A stretch of DNA of 64,000 nucleotides from a bacterium (GTDB taxonomy: Bacteria; UBA8248), in assembly GCA_965261085.1 (NCBI GenBank), contig OZ253442.1:128001-192000 (forward strand), given 5' to 3'. Each line of letters opens with the position of its first letter. Position 1 is the first letter of the stretch. The notes below the pieces were generated by a model, which was given only the letters and a program-made list of their open reading frames with translations, was not told where the DNA came from and did no database searches. Below, in pieces: positions 37,485 to 48,278 of this stretch. A program made the position numbers and the translations under genes.

Positions 37485-39059
37485 ATGAATGAAAGCGTCC
37501 GTCTTCCTCCCTATTTCCGTCCCCCGCTGGAATATCCCGATTACGCGTTTCACGGCCTGCTCAAAACGGCGTGCGCGCGTCGCCCGGACGCCATCGCCCT
37601 GGTGGATGGGGATATCCGCATGAGCTTCCGGGAACTCGACGTACTCTCGAACGCCTGCGCCCGCGCCATGCTCGCCGAGGGTATCGGGATCGGGGATCGC
37701 GTCGGCCTGTTCCTGCCCAATTCAGCCGAATTCGAGATCGCCGCTTTCGGCGTATCGAAGATAGGCGCCGTTTTCACGCCGATGAACCCCGCGTACAAAG
37801 AAGCCGAGGCTGCGTATCAGCTCAACGATTCGGGCGCGAAGATTCTGATCACCACGGCGGAGGGTGCCGCCGTGTTTCGAGAAGTGCAAAAAGAACTCCC
37901 GACGCTCGAGACCATCATCGTCACGGATGACGCCGCAGGAGAACATATATTTTTCGAGGATTGGATAGGCGCACACCCTACGGAGAGCCTGCCCGAGCCC
38001 CAAATCGACTTTGCCCAAGATTTAATCGCCCTGCCCTATTCGAGCGGCACCACGGGTCTTCCAAAAGGCGTGATGCTGACCCACAGAAATCTGGTGTCGA
38101 ACTACCACCAGTGCGTGGCGAACCATCAAATTACCGACCGGGATTCGGGCCTCTTGTTTCTCCCCCTTTATCACATCTACGGGGCGCTGATCATGGGCGC
38201 GCTGATTCTCGCCGGCGCCACCCATGTGCTGATGAAACGATTCACGGTGGAAGGCGCCCTGCGCCTCGTGCAGGAACACAAGCTCACGCTCTTCTTTGGC
38301 GTGCCGCCCGCGCTCTTGGCCATCGCGCACCATGAAAACCTGGGTGACTACGATCTCTCCTCCCTCAGGTACATCATGAGCGGGGCCGCGCCATTGCCAC
38401 CCGAAGTCAGGCGCGTCGTGCAGGAGAGAACGGGCGTGCTCACCTTCATGGGCTACGGCCTCACCGAAGCCTCGCCCCTCACGCACCTGAACCCTCCCGT
38501 GGAGGCCTTGATCCGGGAGGAGTCCGTGGGTCCGCCCGTCTCCGATCAGGAGCAAAAAATCGTCGACGTGGAAACGGGAAAAACGGAACTGCCCGTGGGC
38601 GAGGCGGGCGAGTTGATAATCAGGGGCCCGCACATCATGAAAGGCTACTGGAACGCGCCGGAGGCCACGGCCGAAGCGCTGCGGGACGGCTGGCTCCATA
38701 CGGGCGACATCGGGCGGGTGGACGAGCAGGGCTACGTCTATCTGATGGACAGGAAAAAGGAGATGATCAAATACAAGGGCTTCGCCGTTGCGCCCGCCGA
38801 ACTGGAAGCCTACCTGCACTTGCACCCCGACGTTGCGGACGCGGCCGTCGTCCCCCGGGCGGACCCCGAAGCGGGCGAGATACCCGTGGCCTTCGTGGTC
38901 CCCAAAGAAGGCGTCCAAATCGACGAAGAAGCCTTGATGGATTTCGTGAACGAAAAAATTGCGGGCTACAAACACATTCGCGCGGTGGCGATCACCGACG
39001 CCATCCCGAAATCGGGCAGCGGGAAAATACTGCGCCGATTGCTTAAAGAACAAGCGTAA
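37485..39059 (+). CDS. AMP-dependent CoA ligase (4-coumarate-CoA/long-chain acyl-CoA ligase-like)
   Basis: YSSGTTGLPKGV, GYGLTE, GWLHTGD, DRKKEMIKYKG and SGKILRR. Confidence 0.92.
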   Translation: MNESVRLPPYFRPPLEYPDYAFHGLLKTACARRPDAIALVDGDIRMSFRELDVLSNACARAMLAEGIGIGDRVGLFLPNSAEFEIAAFGVSKIGAVFTPMNPAYKEAEAAYQLNDSGAKILITTAEGAAVFREVQKELPTLETIIVTDDAAGEHIFFEDWIGAHPTESLPEPQIDFAQDLIALPYSSGTTGLPKGVMLTHRNLVSNYHQCVANHQITDRDSGLLFLPLYHIYGALIMGALILAGATHVLMKRFTVEGALRLVQEHKLTLFFGVPPALLAIAHHENLGDYDLSSLRYIMSGAAPLPPEVRRVVQERTGVLTFMGYGLTEASPLTHLNPPVEALIREESVGPPVSDQEQKIVDVETGKTELPVGEAGELIIRGPHIMKGYWNAPEATAEALRDGWLHTGDIGRVDEQGYVYLMDRKKEMIKYKGFAVAPAELEAYLHLHPDVADAAVVPRADPEAGEIPVAFVVPKEGVQIDEEALMDFVNEKIAGYKHIRAVAITDAIPKSGSGKILRRLLKEQA

Positions 39060-39091
39060 AGAATCATTTTCGAGCGCTTCAACGAGAATTC

Positions 39092-40267
39092 ATGGACCTT
39101 CGCCTAAACCCGAAAAACGAGGCTTTGATCACGCAAGCCAGAGAACTCGCCCGAAACGTGCTGGCCGCGCACGCGGATCGCTGCGATCAGGAGCAACGCT
39201 TTCCCAGAGAGAGTTTCGACGCCTTGATCCGGGAGGGCTTCACGCGCCTCACGCTGCCTGAATCCTATGGCGGGCAAGCGCTCTGGAGCGACCCCGTCTG
39301 CTACGCCATGGTGTTCCACGAACTCGGCAAGGGCTGCGCGAACACCGCCATGACGCTTCACATGCACAGTTCGATTCTATACTTTCTCCTCACACTCTCG
39401 GATGAAGAGCAAAAGCACCGCTTCGCCGAGGCGGCCCAAAACGGGGCCATCTTCGGCAGCCACGCGGGCGAGGCGAGTTCCAGCCCCCAGTGGAACCGCA
39501 CTATCTCTACGCGCGCGCGCAGAGAGGGCGATGAATATGTCATCAACGGCAAAAAACATTTTTGCTCCATGGCGGGAGAGGCGGATTATTACGTGCTCTG
39601 GTGTCTGATCGAGGGGGTGGAAGAGCTCAAGACCGGCCTTCGCTGGGCGGTGCTGGATAAAAACCTCAAGGGCATCACCATAGCGAGCCGCTGGGACGCT
39701 TTCGCCATGCGGGGCACGGCCAGCCACTCCCTCGCCTATGAGAACGTGAGGGTCCCGGCGCGCAACATCGTGGGCACGGGCGAGGACATCCTCCAGCCCG
39801 ACTTCGTACCCAGATTCGGCTTGGGCTACGCCGCCGTTTATCTGGGCGCGGGCGCCGCCGCCATGGACTGGATTGTGGACTACGCGCTCAAGCGCAAGCT
39901 GTTGCCCGATAACCTGCCCATCGCGAGCTATCCTGCGATTCAGCGCCAGATCGGCGAAATGAAAATCGCCTTTGAAACCGCGCTCATCATGATCCAGAAA
40001 GCCGCCTGGGTGCTGGAGACCCAGGGCGCGGCCCAGGCCATTCCCTTCATCAACGAGGCGAAATACACCGCCTCCGAAGCGGCGGCTTCCATGACGGAAA
40101 AGGCCCTGAAAATCGCGGGCGGCCCCGGCCTGCTGAACGACAAGCCGCTCCAGCGGTTTCATCGCGACGCCAGGGCCGCGCTGGTGATGCCGCCCAGCAC
40201 GGAGAAGTGCCTGCAAATGGCGTCGAACTTCGTTTTAAGTCAAAATGAGGCGGCATCCATCTTCTAA
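39092..40267 (+). CDS. Acyl-CoA dehydrogenase-fold flavoprotein, paralog of 36289-37464
   Basis: Shares CSMAGEADYYVLW, PIASYPAIQRQIGEMKIA and AGGPGL. Confidence 0.85.
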   Translation: MDLRLNPKNEALITQARELARNVLAAHADRCDQEQRFPRESFDALIREGFTRLTLPESYGGQALWSDPVCYAMVFHELGKGCANTAMTLHMHSSILYFLLTLSDEEQKHRFAEAAQNGAIFGSHAGEASSSPQWNRTISTRARREGDEYVINGKKHFCSMAGEADYYVLWCLIEGVEELKTGLRWAVLDKNLKGITIASRWDAFAMRGTASHSLAYENVRVPARNIVGTGEDILQPDFVPRFGLGYAAVYLGAGAAAMDWIVDYALKRKLLPDNLPIASYPAIQRQIGEMKIAFETALIMIQKAAWVLETQGAAQAIPFINEAKYTASEAAASMTEKALKIAGGPGLLNDKPLQRFHRDARAALVMPPSTEKCLQMASNFVLSQNEAASIF

Positions 40268-40297
40268 GTCTAAAAAAATTCTCGTGAGGGAGAGCGC

Positions 40298-41971
40298 ATG
40301 AATAGCGGAAACGGCTCGGACCTGTTTTTGGAAACACTCATCGACGAGGGCGTCCGCTGCATGTTCGGCAACCCGGGCACCACCGAACTGCCTCTCATGG
40401 ACGCGCTGGTGAACGAGAGCAGGCTCGATTACATCCTCTGCCTTCAAGAATCCGTCACCATCGGCGCGGCCGAGGGCTACGCCTACGCCACGGGCGGCGT
40501 GGGCGTGGTGAACCTCCACGTAGCACCGGGCCTCGGCAACGCCATGGGCATGCTCTACAACATCAAGCGAGCCGGCACTCCACTTATCGTCACGGCGGGC
40601 AACCAGGGCCAGCGCGGGCAACTCTCAGAACCCGTACTCTGGGACGATTTGCCGCGCATGGCGGAACCGCTCACAAAATGGTCCTACGAGGTGCGCAGGG
40701 TGGAGGATTTGGAGCAAAGCGTTCGTCGGGCGATCAAATACGCGCTCACACCGCCTACGGGTCCGGTCTTCCTCTCATTGCCCGGCGACGTCATGCTCGC
40801 CGAAACGGGAGGCCCTACGGGCCGTCCCACGCGGCTTTCGAGCGCCTTTCCCGCGTCAGCGGAATCCATCGAACGCGCGGCGCAGATGCTCGCCGAAGCG
40901 GAGAATCCATACATCGTCACCGGCTCGCGCGTCACCCGCTCGGGCGCGGTGGGCGAAGTCGCCCGGCTGGCGGAGCGCATCGGGGCGAAAGTGTTTTCCG
41001 ACAACCGCCCGAACTCTCTTTCGTTCTCCCTCACCCATCCCCTGTATGCGGGAGAACTCCTGAACACGATCGAACCGTTGCTGGATCAGATCGAAGACGC
41101 GGACGTCGTGTTCTTCATCGGCACCGAAACCTACATCTTCTCCTTCCCGCCGGAAATTCCGCTGGCTCCGCGCGGCGCGCGAATCATTCATCTGGACCTG
41201 GACCCCTGGGAGATCGGCAAGAACTTCCCCGTGGACGTCGCCATGCTGGGAGACCCGAAAACCACACTCGTCGAACTCACTGAGGAGGTGGAGAAAAAAC
41301 TGGGTGAATCGGGTCTTCAAAGCGCTAGCGAGCGCCGCGTGTGGATCGAGAAAGAACTAGCGGCTGCGAGAAAAGAGATTGCCCCTAAAGCAGGCGACGA
41401 TGGAGGCCCCTTAACGAAAGAGACCTTCCAGGCCGCATTCGGGGAAGCCCTGCCTGCGGGGACGGCGCTGGTGGATGAGTCCCTCACCATGGGACACGGC
41501 GGCGGCCTCAAAAGCGCGGTCGCCGGCAAGATAGATTCCATCTTCGGCATGAAGGGAGGGGGCATCGGTCTGGGCCTGCCCAGCGCGCTGGGAGTCAAAA
41601 AAGCCCTGCCCGATACACCCGTTGTCTGCCTGTCGGGAGACGGCTCCGCCATGTACGCCATCCAGGCGCTCTGGAGCGCCGCGAAATACGGTCTGGACGC
41701 CGTGTTCGTGATTCTAAACAACAAGAGCTACCGGATTCTCAAAGAGAGAGTATTGAGGCTCGACGGCAAAACGCAGGAACACCGGCAATTCGTCGCCATG
41801 GATTTCAAGGAGCCCGAACTCGATTTCATCCAGATGGCCCGCTCCATGGGCGTGGACGCCATCCGGGCGGAAACGCCTGCGGAACTCAAAGAGGCCATGC
41901 AAAAAGGGCTGGCGAGCGGCAAACCGTATTTAATCGACGCCCACATCGAATACGAACGCCTGGAGAACTGA
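40298..41971 (+). CDS. Thiamine pyrophosphate-dependent enzyme (benzoylformate decarboxylase-like)
   Basis: FGNPGTTELP, NLHVAPGLGNAMG and GDGSAMYAIQALW...NN. Confidence 0.9.
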   Translation: MNSGNGSDLFLETLIDEGVRCMFGNPGTTELPLMDALVNESRLDYILCLQESVTIGAAEGYAYATGGVGVVNLHVAPGLGNAMGMLYNIKRAGTPLIVTAGNQGQRGQLSEPVLWDDLPRMAEPLTKWSYEVRRVEDLEQSVRRAIKYALTPPTGPVFLSLPGDVMLAETGGPTGRPTRLSSAFPASAESIERAAQMLAEAENPYIVTGSRVTRSGAVGEVARLAERIGAKVFSDNRPNSLSFSLTHPLYAGELLNTIEPLLDQIEDADVVFFIGTETYIFSFPPEIPLAPRGARIIHLDLDPWEIGKNFPVDVAMLGDPKTTLVELTEEVEKKLGESGLQSASERRVWIEKELAAARKEIAPKAGDDGGPLTKETFQAAFGEALPAGTALVDESLTMGHGGGLKSAVAGKIDSIFGMKGGGIGLGLPSALGVKKALPDTPVVCLSGDGSAMYAIQALWSAAKYGLDAVFVILNNKSYRILKERVLRLDGKTQEHRQFVAMDFKEPELDFIQMARSMGVDAIRAETPAELKEAMQKGLASGKPYLIDAHIEYERLEN

Positions 41972-41975
41972 GGGC

Positions 41976-43226
41976 TCAGGCAACGCCCATTTTCTCGCCA
42001 TAGGCTTCGAGGGCCTGCTCGAAACAGGCGAGTGGCGCGCGCACCACGCCCGCGCCCACCTGCCCGACGCCGGGCTCTTTGTGCGCGATGCCTGTGTTGA
42101 TGACGGGCGTGACGCCGAGTTTCACCACCTTGGTGATGTCGATACCCGTGGGAACCCCCTGAAAATCAAGAGAGGGAATCGTCCACTCGGGGTTTCGGCC
42201 CTGGGTGATCTCATACATGGAGCGGGAGTAATTCAGCGCATCCGCCGCACTCCCCGCGCCTACGAACCCGACGACGGCGGGCGCCGCGGCCATGGCGAAC
42301 CCACCCAACCCCATCGTCTCGATGATTGTGGAATCGCCCATGTCCGGATTCGCGTCGTCCTCGCCGAAGCCCGGGAAATACAACCCTTCTGGCATCTCCA
42401 CCGGCGCCGTGAACCACTCATCCCCCGTCGCGCTCACCCGAATACCGAAGTCCGTTCCATTGCGGCACATCGCCGTGACGATGCTCGACGCCTCGATATC
42501 GCGCACCGGGTCCATCACCGCCTTTCCGGTAGCCATCGCGACGTTCAGGAAAAACTGATCGTTTCCGCCGATGAAGGACAAAACCTCCTCCAGCGCCCCG
42601 CTTTCCCTCACGACGCGCGCCAGCGCAGGAGCCGCCTCGCGCATGAAGAGACTCGTACACGCCACGTTGCGCTGGTGCATTTCATCACCCATCGAAAGCC
42701 CCCGCGCGATGATGCTCTTAAGAGGCATACCCCCTATGGCCTGGAGGGCGTCTGAGAGAGCGGGCGCCAGGCGCTCCGCCAGCCAGCGAAGCCGGTTCAG
42801 CACCTCTTCGTCGTTTCCGCCGAAGCGCATCACCTTCCCCAGACCTTCGTTCAGGGCGCAGTACGCCCGGTTCCCGAATTTTCTGTTCTCCACGATCATC
42901 ACCGGCATCGAGCGCGTGGTGATGCCCGTCATGGGGCCGACGGCGTCGAAATGATGATTCGGATGGAACACGATCCCGCCCGAGGCGGCGAGCGCTTCGC
43001 CTGAGGTCAAATCTTCCGCCCAGCCTTCCAGAACGGCCGCCCCCGCGACGGCCCCGCGCAGGGGACCGCACATCCGCTCCCACTCGATCGGGGGGCCTGC
43101 ATGAAGGAGAACGCCATCCTCCAAACCCGGTATCACCTCACCCGCCGGACAAACGTCCACCAAAACGGGTTCCGCTTCGGTGATGCGGGTGAGCGCCTCC
43201 GTGTTCGCGTCCGTGATCACGCCCAT
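41976..43226 (-). CDS. DUF1116 (YlbE/YahG-like) protein
   Basis: LHAGPP, VGPMTG, MGDEMHQRN, RNGTDFGI, DMGDS.I.E and INTGIAH. Confidence 0.88.
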   Translation of the reverse strand: MGVITDANTEALTRITEAEPVLVDVCPAGEVIPGLEDGVLLHAGPPIEWERMCGPLRGAVAGAAVLEGWAEDLTSGEALAASGGIVFHPNHHFDAVGPMTGITTRSMPVMIVENRKFGNRAYCALNEGLGKVMRFGGNDEEVLNRLRWLAERLAPALSDALQAIGGMPLKSIIARGLSMGDEMHQRNVACTSLFMREAAPALARVVRESGALEEVLSFIGGNDQFFLNVAMATGKAVMDPVRDIEASSIVTAMCRNGTDFGIRVSATGDEWFTAPVEMPEGLYFPGFGEDDANPDMGDSTIIETMGLGGFAMAAAPAVVGFVGAGSAADALNYSRSMYEITQGRNPEWTIPSLDFQGVPTGIDITKVVKLGVTPVINTGIAHKEPGVGQVGAGVVRAPLACFEQALEAYGEKMGVA

Positions 43227-44479
43227 CCAGCCATCTCCCCCCAGGTCGTCTCCGCCACGTTTTCCACGATGATGCGCCCGCCCTTCACCACGAATCTCTT
43301 CTCGGGCTGATCGATGAGGACGTCGTCGAAATTCCGAGAATCGAGAACCACGAAATCGGCTGCGCAGCCCGTTCTCAGGCCGTAACCATCCTCCACCCCC
43401 AACGCCTTAGCGCCGTTGGTCGTGAAAAGATCCGGAACCACAGCCCTGTCCGATGCGCCGCTCATGTGGAGCACATGGGCGAGGAGGAGGCCAATTTCGA
43501 GCAAATCGCCGCGACCCGAGGGCGTAAAGGCGTTCCGGATGTTGTTCGATGAAATAGCCACGTTGACGCCCGCACTGAGTAAGTCCTTCACGGGGGCGAG
43601 GCTCCTGAAGCGAGGCGGCTCCTCTCCCCTGCCGCCCAGGAACAAATCCGTCGCCGGCAAGGGCAGGACGGAGATGCCCGCCTCCAGAATCTTCTCGATG
43701 ACCGGCGCGGCCTCATCCCGCGACATGGCGCCCGGGGAAGTGAGATGCCCCACGGCCACCCTGCCCTGCAAACCGGCGGCCATCGTGCGGGCGGCCACGG
43801 ATTCGATGTTCCTTACCCGGGGGTCGTCCGCGAAATCGAGATGAAAATCCAGACCACAGCCAAACGCCTCGGCCATCGCGAAAACGATATCCAGATGCCG
43901 CCCGGCGTCCAGGTCGTTATACGGGATTCCGCCCACCAGGTCCCCGCCCATCCGCATGGCCTCGCGCATCAAATCCTCCGTTCCCGGCTGCTGCTCGATG
44001 CCCTCCTGCGGAAAAATGACGAGTTGAAAATCCGCCAGGCCGGCGTATTTCTCCTTGAGCGCCAGGGCGACTTCCACCCCCTTCAGTCCGACGATGGGGT
44101 CGACCTCCACCTGCGCGCGAAACCAGGTGGCGCCGTGCCGGATGCACATGCGAAGCGCGCGCTCGGCGCGCTCCATCATGTCTTGTTTCGTGACGCTTTT
44201 TTTCAGGGCGAGCGTGATGGATATGGCGTCCTCGAGCGTGCCGGAGAGATTGGGCTCGCGTTCTTCCAGAAACGCCTTGTCCAGATGAATATGGCTCTCC
44301 ACGAACGCGGGCAGCACGACGCGCGCGCCCAGGTCGATCTCCTCGCAGCCGGCATCGTTCGCGATTCCAGGCGATATTCCCGAAAACCGGCCTCCGGCGA
44401 CGCACAAATCCACCAAGGGTCCCCCTAAGTCGATTCTGGCGTTCCTGAAAATTCTATCGTCCGTCATCTCGGCGCTCAT
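43217..44479 (-). CDS. Metal-dependent amidohydrolase (cytosine deaminase-like)
   Basis: ESHIHLDK, FPQEG, DFHLD, GHL and ADFVVLD. Confidence 0.88.
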   Translation of the reverse strand: MSAEMTDDRIFRNARIDLGGPLVDLCVAGGRFSGISPGIANDAGCEEIDLGARVVLPAFVESHIHLDKAFLEEREPNLSGTLEDAISITLALKKSVTKQDMMERAERALRMCIRHGATWFRAQVEVDPIVGLKGVEVALALKEKYAGLADFQLVIFPQEGIEQQPGTEDLMREAMRMGGDLVGGIPYNDLDAGRHLDIVFAMAEAFGCGLDFHLDFADDPRVRNIESVAARTMAAGLQGRVAVGHLTSPGAMSRDEAAPVIEKILEAGISVLPLPATDLFLGGRGEEPPRFRSLAPVKDLLSAGVNVAISSNNIRNAFTPSGRGDLLEIGLLLAHVLHMSGASDRAVVPDLFTTNGAKALGVEDGYGLRTGCAADFVVLDSRNFDDVLIDQPEKRFVVKGGRIIVENVAETTWGEMAGWA

Positions 44480-44779
44480 GATCATTTAACCGGAGTGAAA
44501 TATCACCTTAACAGAAACGAAACGCGCATCGGCCATAGTCGCAAAATGGAGAAACTCGTCATTGCGAACTCTATCTTTCCGCGCGAATTTTCGCCAGCGA
44601 AAAAGGAGGAAGCCAAAAAAATCCCGTTTCCCGTCAACTTGACCCACACCTGGAATCGTGAACATAATGAAGGATTCAGGGTCATATTTCATCTGCTTCT
44701 CACGCGGCTTGGCGACCCGGTGACGCGAGGTGGCGTTTGATCGTGCGGCGCGCCATTCCAGGACTAAAGAGAGACTTGC

Positions 44780-45877
44780 ATGACCACTCTGAGTTTTACG
44801 AACATCCTCGTTCTCAGCTATAATTCCCTCTCCTACGCCGCGATTCTGTTTCTCCTGGCGAGCGGACTCTCGCTCATCTTCGGCGTGATGCGCATCGTGA
44901 ACCTCGCTCACGCCGCTTTTTTCCTCTTCGCCGGCTATCTCGCCCTGGAATTCTACAACATCATTTTCGGCTCCCTGAGCCTGATGCCGCGAATCATCCA
45001 AATCGTTTCGTGGGCCCTGCTGTATCTCGCATGGCGGGGGCTCACGGAATACGTCGCTCCCAGACACGCCGCGCTGGCGCTCCTGCTGGCCTACATCGTC
45101 TTGGAAACCCTGAGCAGCCTGATATGGGGCTTCAAATTCTTCGAACTCTTCTTCCCGCACGTGCCCATCAAACCCGTCGACAGGATCAACTTCGCAGGGA
45201 TGATAGCCGCCATCGCCGTCGCGATTTCCATCGCGGCGCTGTGCGGGATGTTCATCGAGCGTTTTTTCCTGCGCCGCCTCGGGCAGGACACGCTCTCGCA
45301 GGTGCTGGTGACCATCGGCTTCGCCTTCATCTTGCAAGACGGCTCGCTCTACACCTGGGGCGGGGACAACTTCATGCTCAAACAACCATGGCCCCTTAAC
45401 TACAGCGCCGTCGTCTGGGGCCTGTCGCTGCCGCAGTACCGCGCCTTCATGATCGTCACCGCCGTCTTGGTGGCCGTGGTCCTGTTCCTGGGGATAGAGC
45501 GCACCCGTCTCGGCGCCATCATGCGCGCGGCGGTGGACGACCCCGAAATGGCGCGCGGCATCGGCATCAACACCAACGTCGTGCAAATGGCGATATTCGC
45601 CATCGGGGCGATGCTGGCCGCCACGGGCGGCGTGGTGGGCGGCGCGTTCTTCGGCGTCTACCCGGGGCTCGATTTCGAGGTACTCCCCTATGCGTTCGCC
45701 GTGGTGATCATCGGGGGCCTCGGCAGCCTGGGCGGCGCCGTCCTGGGCAGCATCGTGGTCGGCTTCATCGAGAACTTCGGGACCGCGCTGTTTCCCGAAC
45801 TCTCCTATTTCGCGCTCTTCGCGCCCATGGCCATCATTCTGGCGATCAAGCCAACCGGCCTGTTCGGAAAGGGTTAA
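44780..45877 (+). CDS. Branched-chain amino acid-type ABC permease (LivH-like)
   Basis: GLSLIFGVMRIVNLAH, TRLG..MRA and GGLGS..GA. Confidence 0.9.
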   Translation: MTTLSFTNILVLSYNSLSYAAILFLLASGLSLIFGVMRIVNLAHAAFFLFAGYLALEFYNIIFGSLSLMPRIIQIVSWALLYLAWRGLTEYVAPRHAALALLLAYIVLETLSSLIWGFKFFELFFPHVPIKPVDRINFAGMIAAIAVAISIAALCGMFIERFFLRRLGQDTLSQVLVTIGFAFILQDGSLYTWGGDNFMLKQPWPLNYSAVVWGLSLPQYRAFMIVTAVLVAVVLFLGIERTRLGAIMRAAVDDPEMARGIGINTNVVQMAIFAIGAMLAATGGVVGGAFFGVYPGLDFEVLPYAFAVVIIGGLGSLGGAVLGSIVVGFIENFGTALFPELSYFALFAPMAIILAIKPTGLFGKG

Positions 45878-45880
45878 GCC

Positions 45881-46894
45881 TTGGCGGAGAAAAGAAGGGT
45901 GCTCATCGTGCTGGGCGTCTTCGTCGCGCTCGGCGTCGTCACGCCGTTTCTCGACCTCTTCATGCAGAGCCTGGTGACGGAGATCCTCGTCTTCGGCATC
46001 CTGGCAATGAGCCTGGACCTTCTCCTGGGATTCACCGGGCTGCCCTCTCTGGGACACGCCGCCTATTTCGGCGTCGCCTCCTACACCACGGCCATCATCA
46101 TGACGAAAGAAGACTGGACGTGGACTTACGCCGCCTTCCAGTGGACAAACTCGCTGGGGCTGGGCCTTTTCTACATCTTCATATTCGCGCTGATCGTGGC
46201 CATGGCCTTCGCCGCGTTCTTCGGTTTTCTGGCCATACGCGCCGTGGGCGTGTATTTTCTGATGATCACCCTTTCTCTCGCCATGGTCGTCTGGGGTCTG
46301 GCCTATCGCTGGAGCGCCGTGACGGAAGGAGACAACGGCATCAACGTCCTGGGGAGACCGTCTCTATTCGGCATATCGCTGGAATCGGAAATTACGTTCT
46401 TCTACTTCACGCTCGCGGTGTTTCTCATTTGCCTGGGGCTGATGTACCTGTTCGTGAGAAGCCCCTTCGGAAAAACGCTGGTCGGCATCAGGGAGCGCGA
46501 GGAGCGCATGGAGATGCTCGGCTACAACATCTGGCTCCACAAATACCTCGCGTTCATCATCGCAGGCGTGTTCAGCGGCGTTTCGGGCGTGATGTGGACG
46601 CTGTTCAATCTCTTCGTGAGCCCGCCGGACATCGAACTCATCACCTCGGCCGAGGCGCTCTTCATGGTGGCGCTGGGCGGACCCGCCACGCTCGTCGGCC
46701 CGGTGATCGGCTCGGCGATCATCCGCTCGCTGCAACAATTCATCAGCATCTACGTGGAGCGATGGCCGCTGATTCTGGGCGCCATTTACATCATCACCAT
46801 CATGTTGGGACGCCTCTACGGCGTCGAGGGAATTCTTGGATTGTTCGGCAAGTTTCGCAAACCCGCCGCCCCGCCTGAAACCCCGGAGGGTTGA
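45881..46894 (+). CDS. Branched-chain amino acid-type ABC permease (LivM-like)
   Basis: SLGHAAYFG, YFLMITL and SPFG..L.GIRE.E. Confidence 0.9.
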   Translation: MAEKRRVLIVLGVFVALGVVTPFLDLFMQSLVTEILVFGILAMSLDLLLGFTGLPSLGHAAYFGVASYTTAIIMTKEDWTWTYAAFQWTNSLGLGLFYIFIFALIVAMAFAAFFGFLAIRAVGVYFLMITLSLAMVVWGLAYRWSAVTEGDNGINVLGRPSLFGISLESEITFFYFTLAVFLICLGLMYLFVRSPFGKTLVGIREREERMEMLGYNIWLHKYLAFIIAGVFSGVSGVMWTLFNLFVSPPDIELITSAEALFMVALGGPATLVGPVIGSAIIRSLQQFISIYVERWPLILGAIYIITIMLGRLYGVEGILGLFGKFRKPAAPPETPEG

Positions 46895-46942
46895 GGACGG
46901 AGCGGCCCCGCGTCTCCTAAACGAAATGAAGGAGGAAAAAAG

Positions 46943-48195
46943 ATGAAACGGAAACTCATCACCATCATCGCAGCGCTCGGCATCACCTTTACCGCCGGTC
47001 TCGGCGGCGCCCAGGCCGCCGAGGTGCGCATCGGGTTCATCGCGCCGATGACGGGCATCTTCGCCAGATCGGCAAGGACATGAGCAACGGCTTCAAGATG
47101 TACATGGCGCACACGAAGAACAAGATGGGTCCTCTGGACGTCAAGTTCATCCTCGAGGACTCCACCGGCAAGCCGGCCGTGAACGTGCGCAAGGCGCTCA
47201 AGCTCATCAAGCGCGACAAGGTGCACATGTTCATCGGCGGCCTCCTGGCCAGCACCGGATACGCGCTCGCGCCTGTGAGCGACCGCTTCAAGGTGCCCTA
47301 CATCTCGCCCGTGCCGGCGGCGGACGACCTCACCCAGCGCAAGCTCTTCAAGCATTTCCTGCGCAGCGGATTCACGAGCAGCCAGAACAGCCATCCGCTC
47401 GGCGAGTGGGCGTACGACCAGGGCTACCGCAACGTGGTCACCATCGGCGCGGACTACGCGTTCGGCTACGAGACCGTAGGCGGCTTCCAGAAGGCCTTCG
47501 AGTCGCGCGGCGGCAAGGTTGTCAAGAAGATCTGGGCGAAACTCGGCACGAAGGACTTCGGCCCCTATCTGCCGCAGATACCCAAGGACGCCGACGCCAT
47601 CTTCACGCTGATGGTCGGCCCCATGTCCCTGGCCTTCCCGAAACAGTTCCGCGCCGCGGGCTACAAGATGCCGATGCTCGGCGGCGTGACGAGCGCGGAT
47701 GAGTTCATTCTCCCCAGCATGGGCGCTGAGGCGCTCGGCTACGTGACGGCCTCGCAGTACAGCGCCGCTCTCACGACGGACAAGAACAAGGCGTTCGTCA
47801 AGGAATATCAGCAGCGCTACGGGAAGATGGCCTCCTACTACTCGGAGTCCTGCTACACCACGGCCCAGTGGGTGGACCTCACGCTCAAGAAGATCGGCTA
47901 CAAGCCGGAGAACACCGATGCGTTCCTCAAGGCGTTCAAGACCATTCGCATCGACGCCATCAGGGGGCCGGTGTATCTGGACGAATACGGAAACCCGGTG
48001 CACAACAGCTACATCCGCCGGGTGACCCGCGTGAAGGGCGACCGCCTGGGTCTGGGCGTGAAAGCGAACTCGCTCTGGAACCTCGTTATTAAAACCTACC
48101 CGGCCGTGGGCCAGTTCTGGAAGTGGTCGGCGAAGGATTTCCTGAAGGACCCCGTGTACAGCAAGAAGTTCCCGCCGTGCACACATTGTAAATAA
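46943..48195 (+). pseudogene. ABC substrate-binding protein (LivK-like) with a 1-nt frameshift after the signal peptide (may be a sequencing error)
   Basis: GGAGG RBS and MKRKLITIIAALG...RIGFIAPMTGIFA from 46943; TTC GCC AG ATC at 47060-47070 is one base short of joining the ORF that starts at 47080. Confidence 0.75.
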
Positions 48196-48278
48196 AGGGC
48201 GAATTCCCCGCCGTCCGGACCTCCCCGGCCCGGGCGGCGGATTCGCGCCAGCGGACTTTCCGAAGGAGCAACCAGATT

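Noticed and set aside
44486-48186. Long minus-strand ORFs (523 aa and 456 aa)
   Set aside because: Antisense to clear ABC transporter genes; a by-product of GC-rich codon bias, with no motifs
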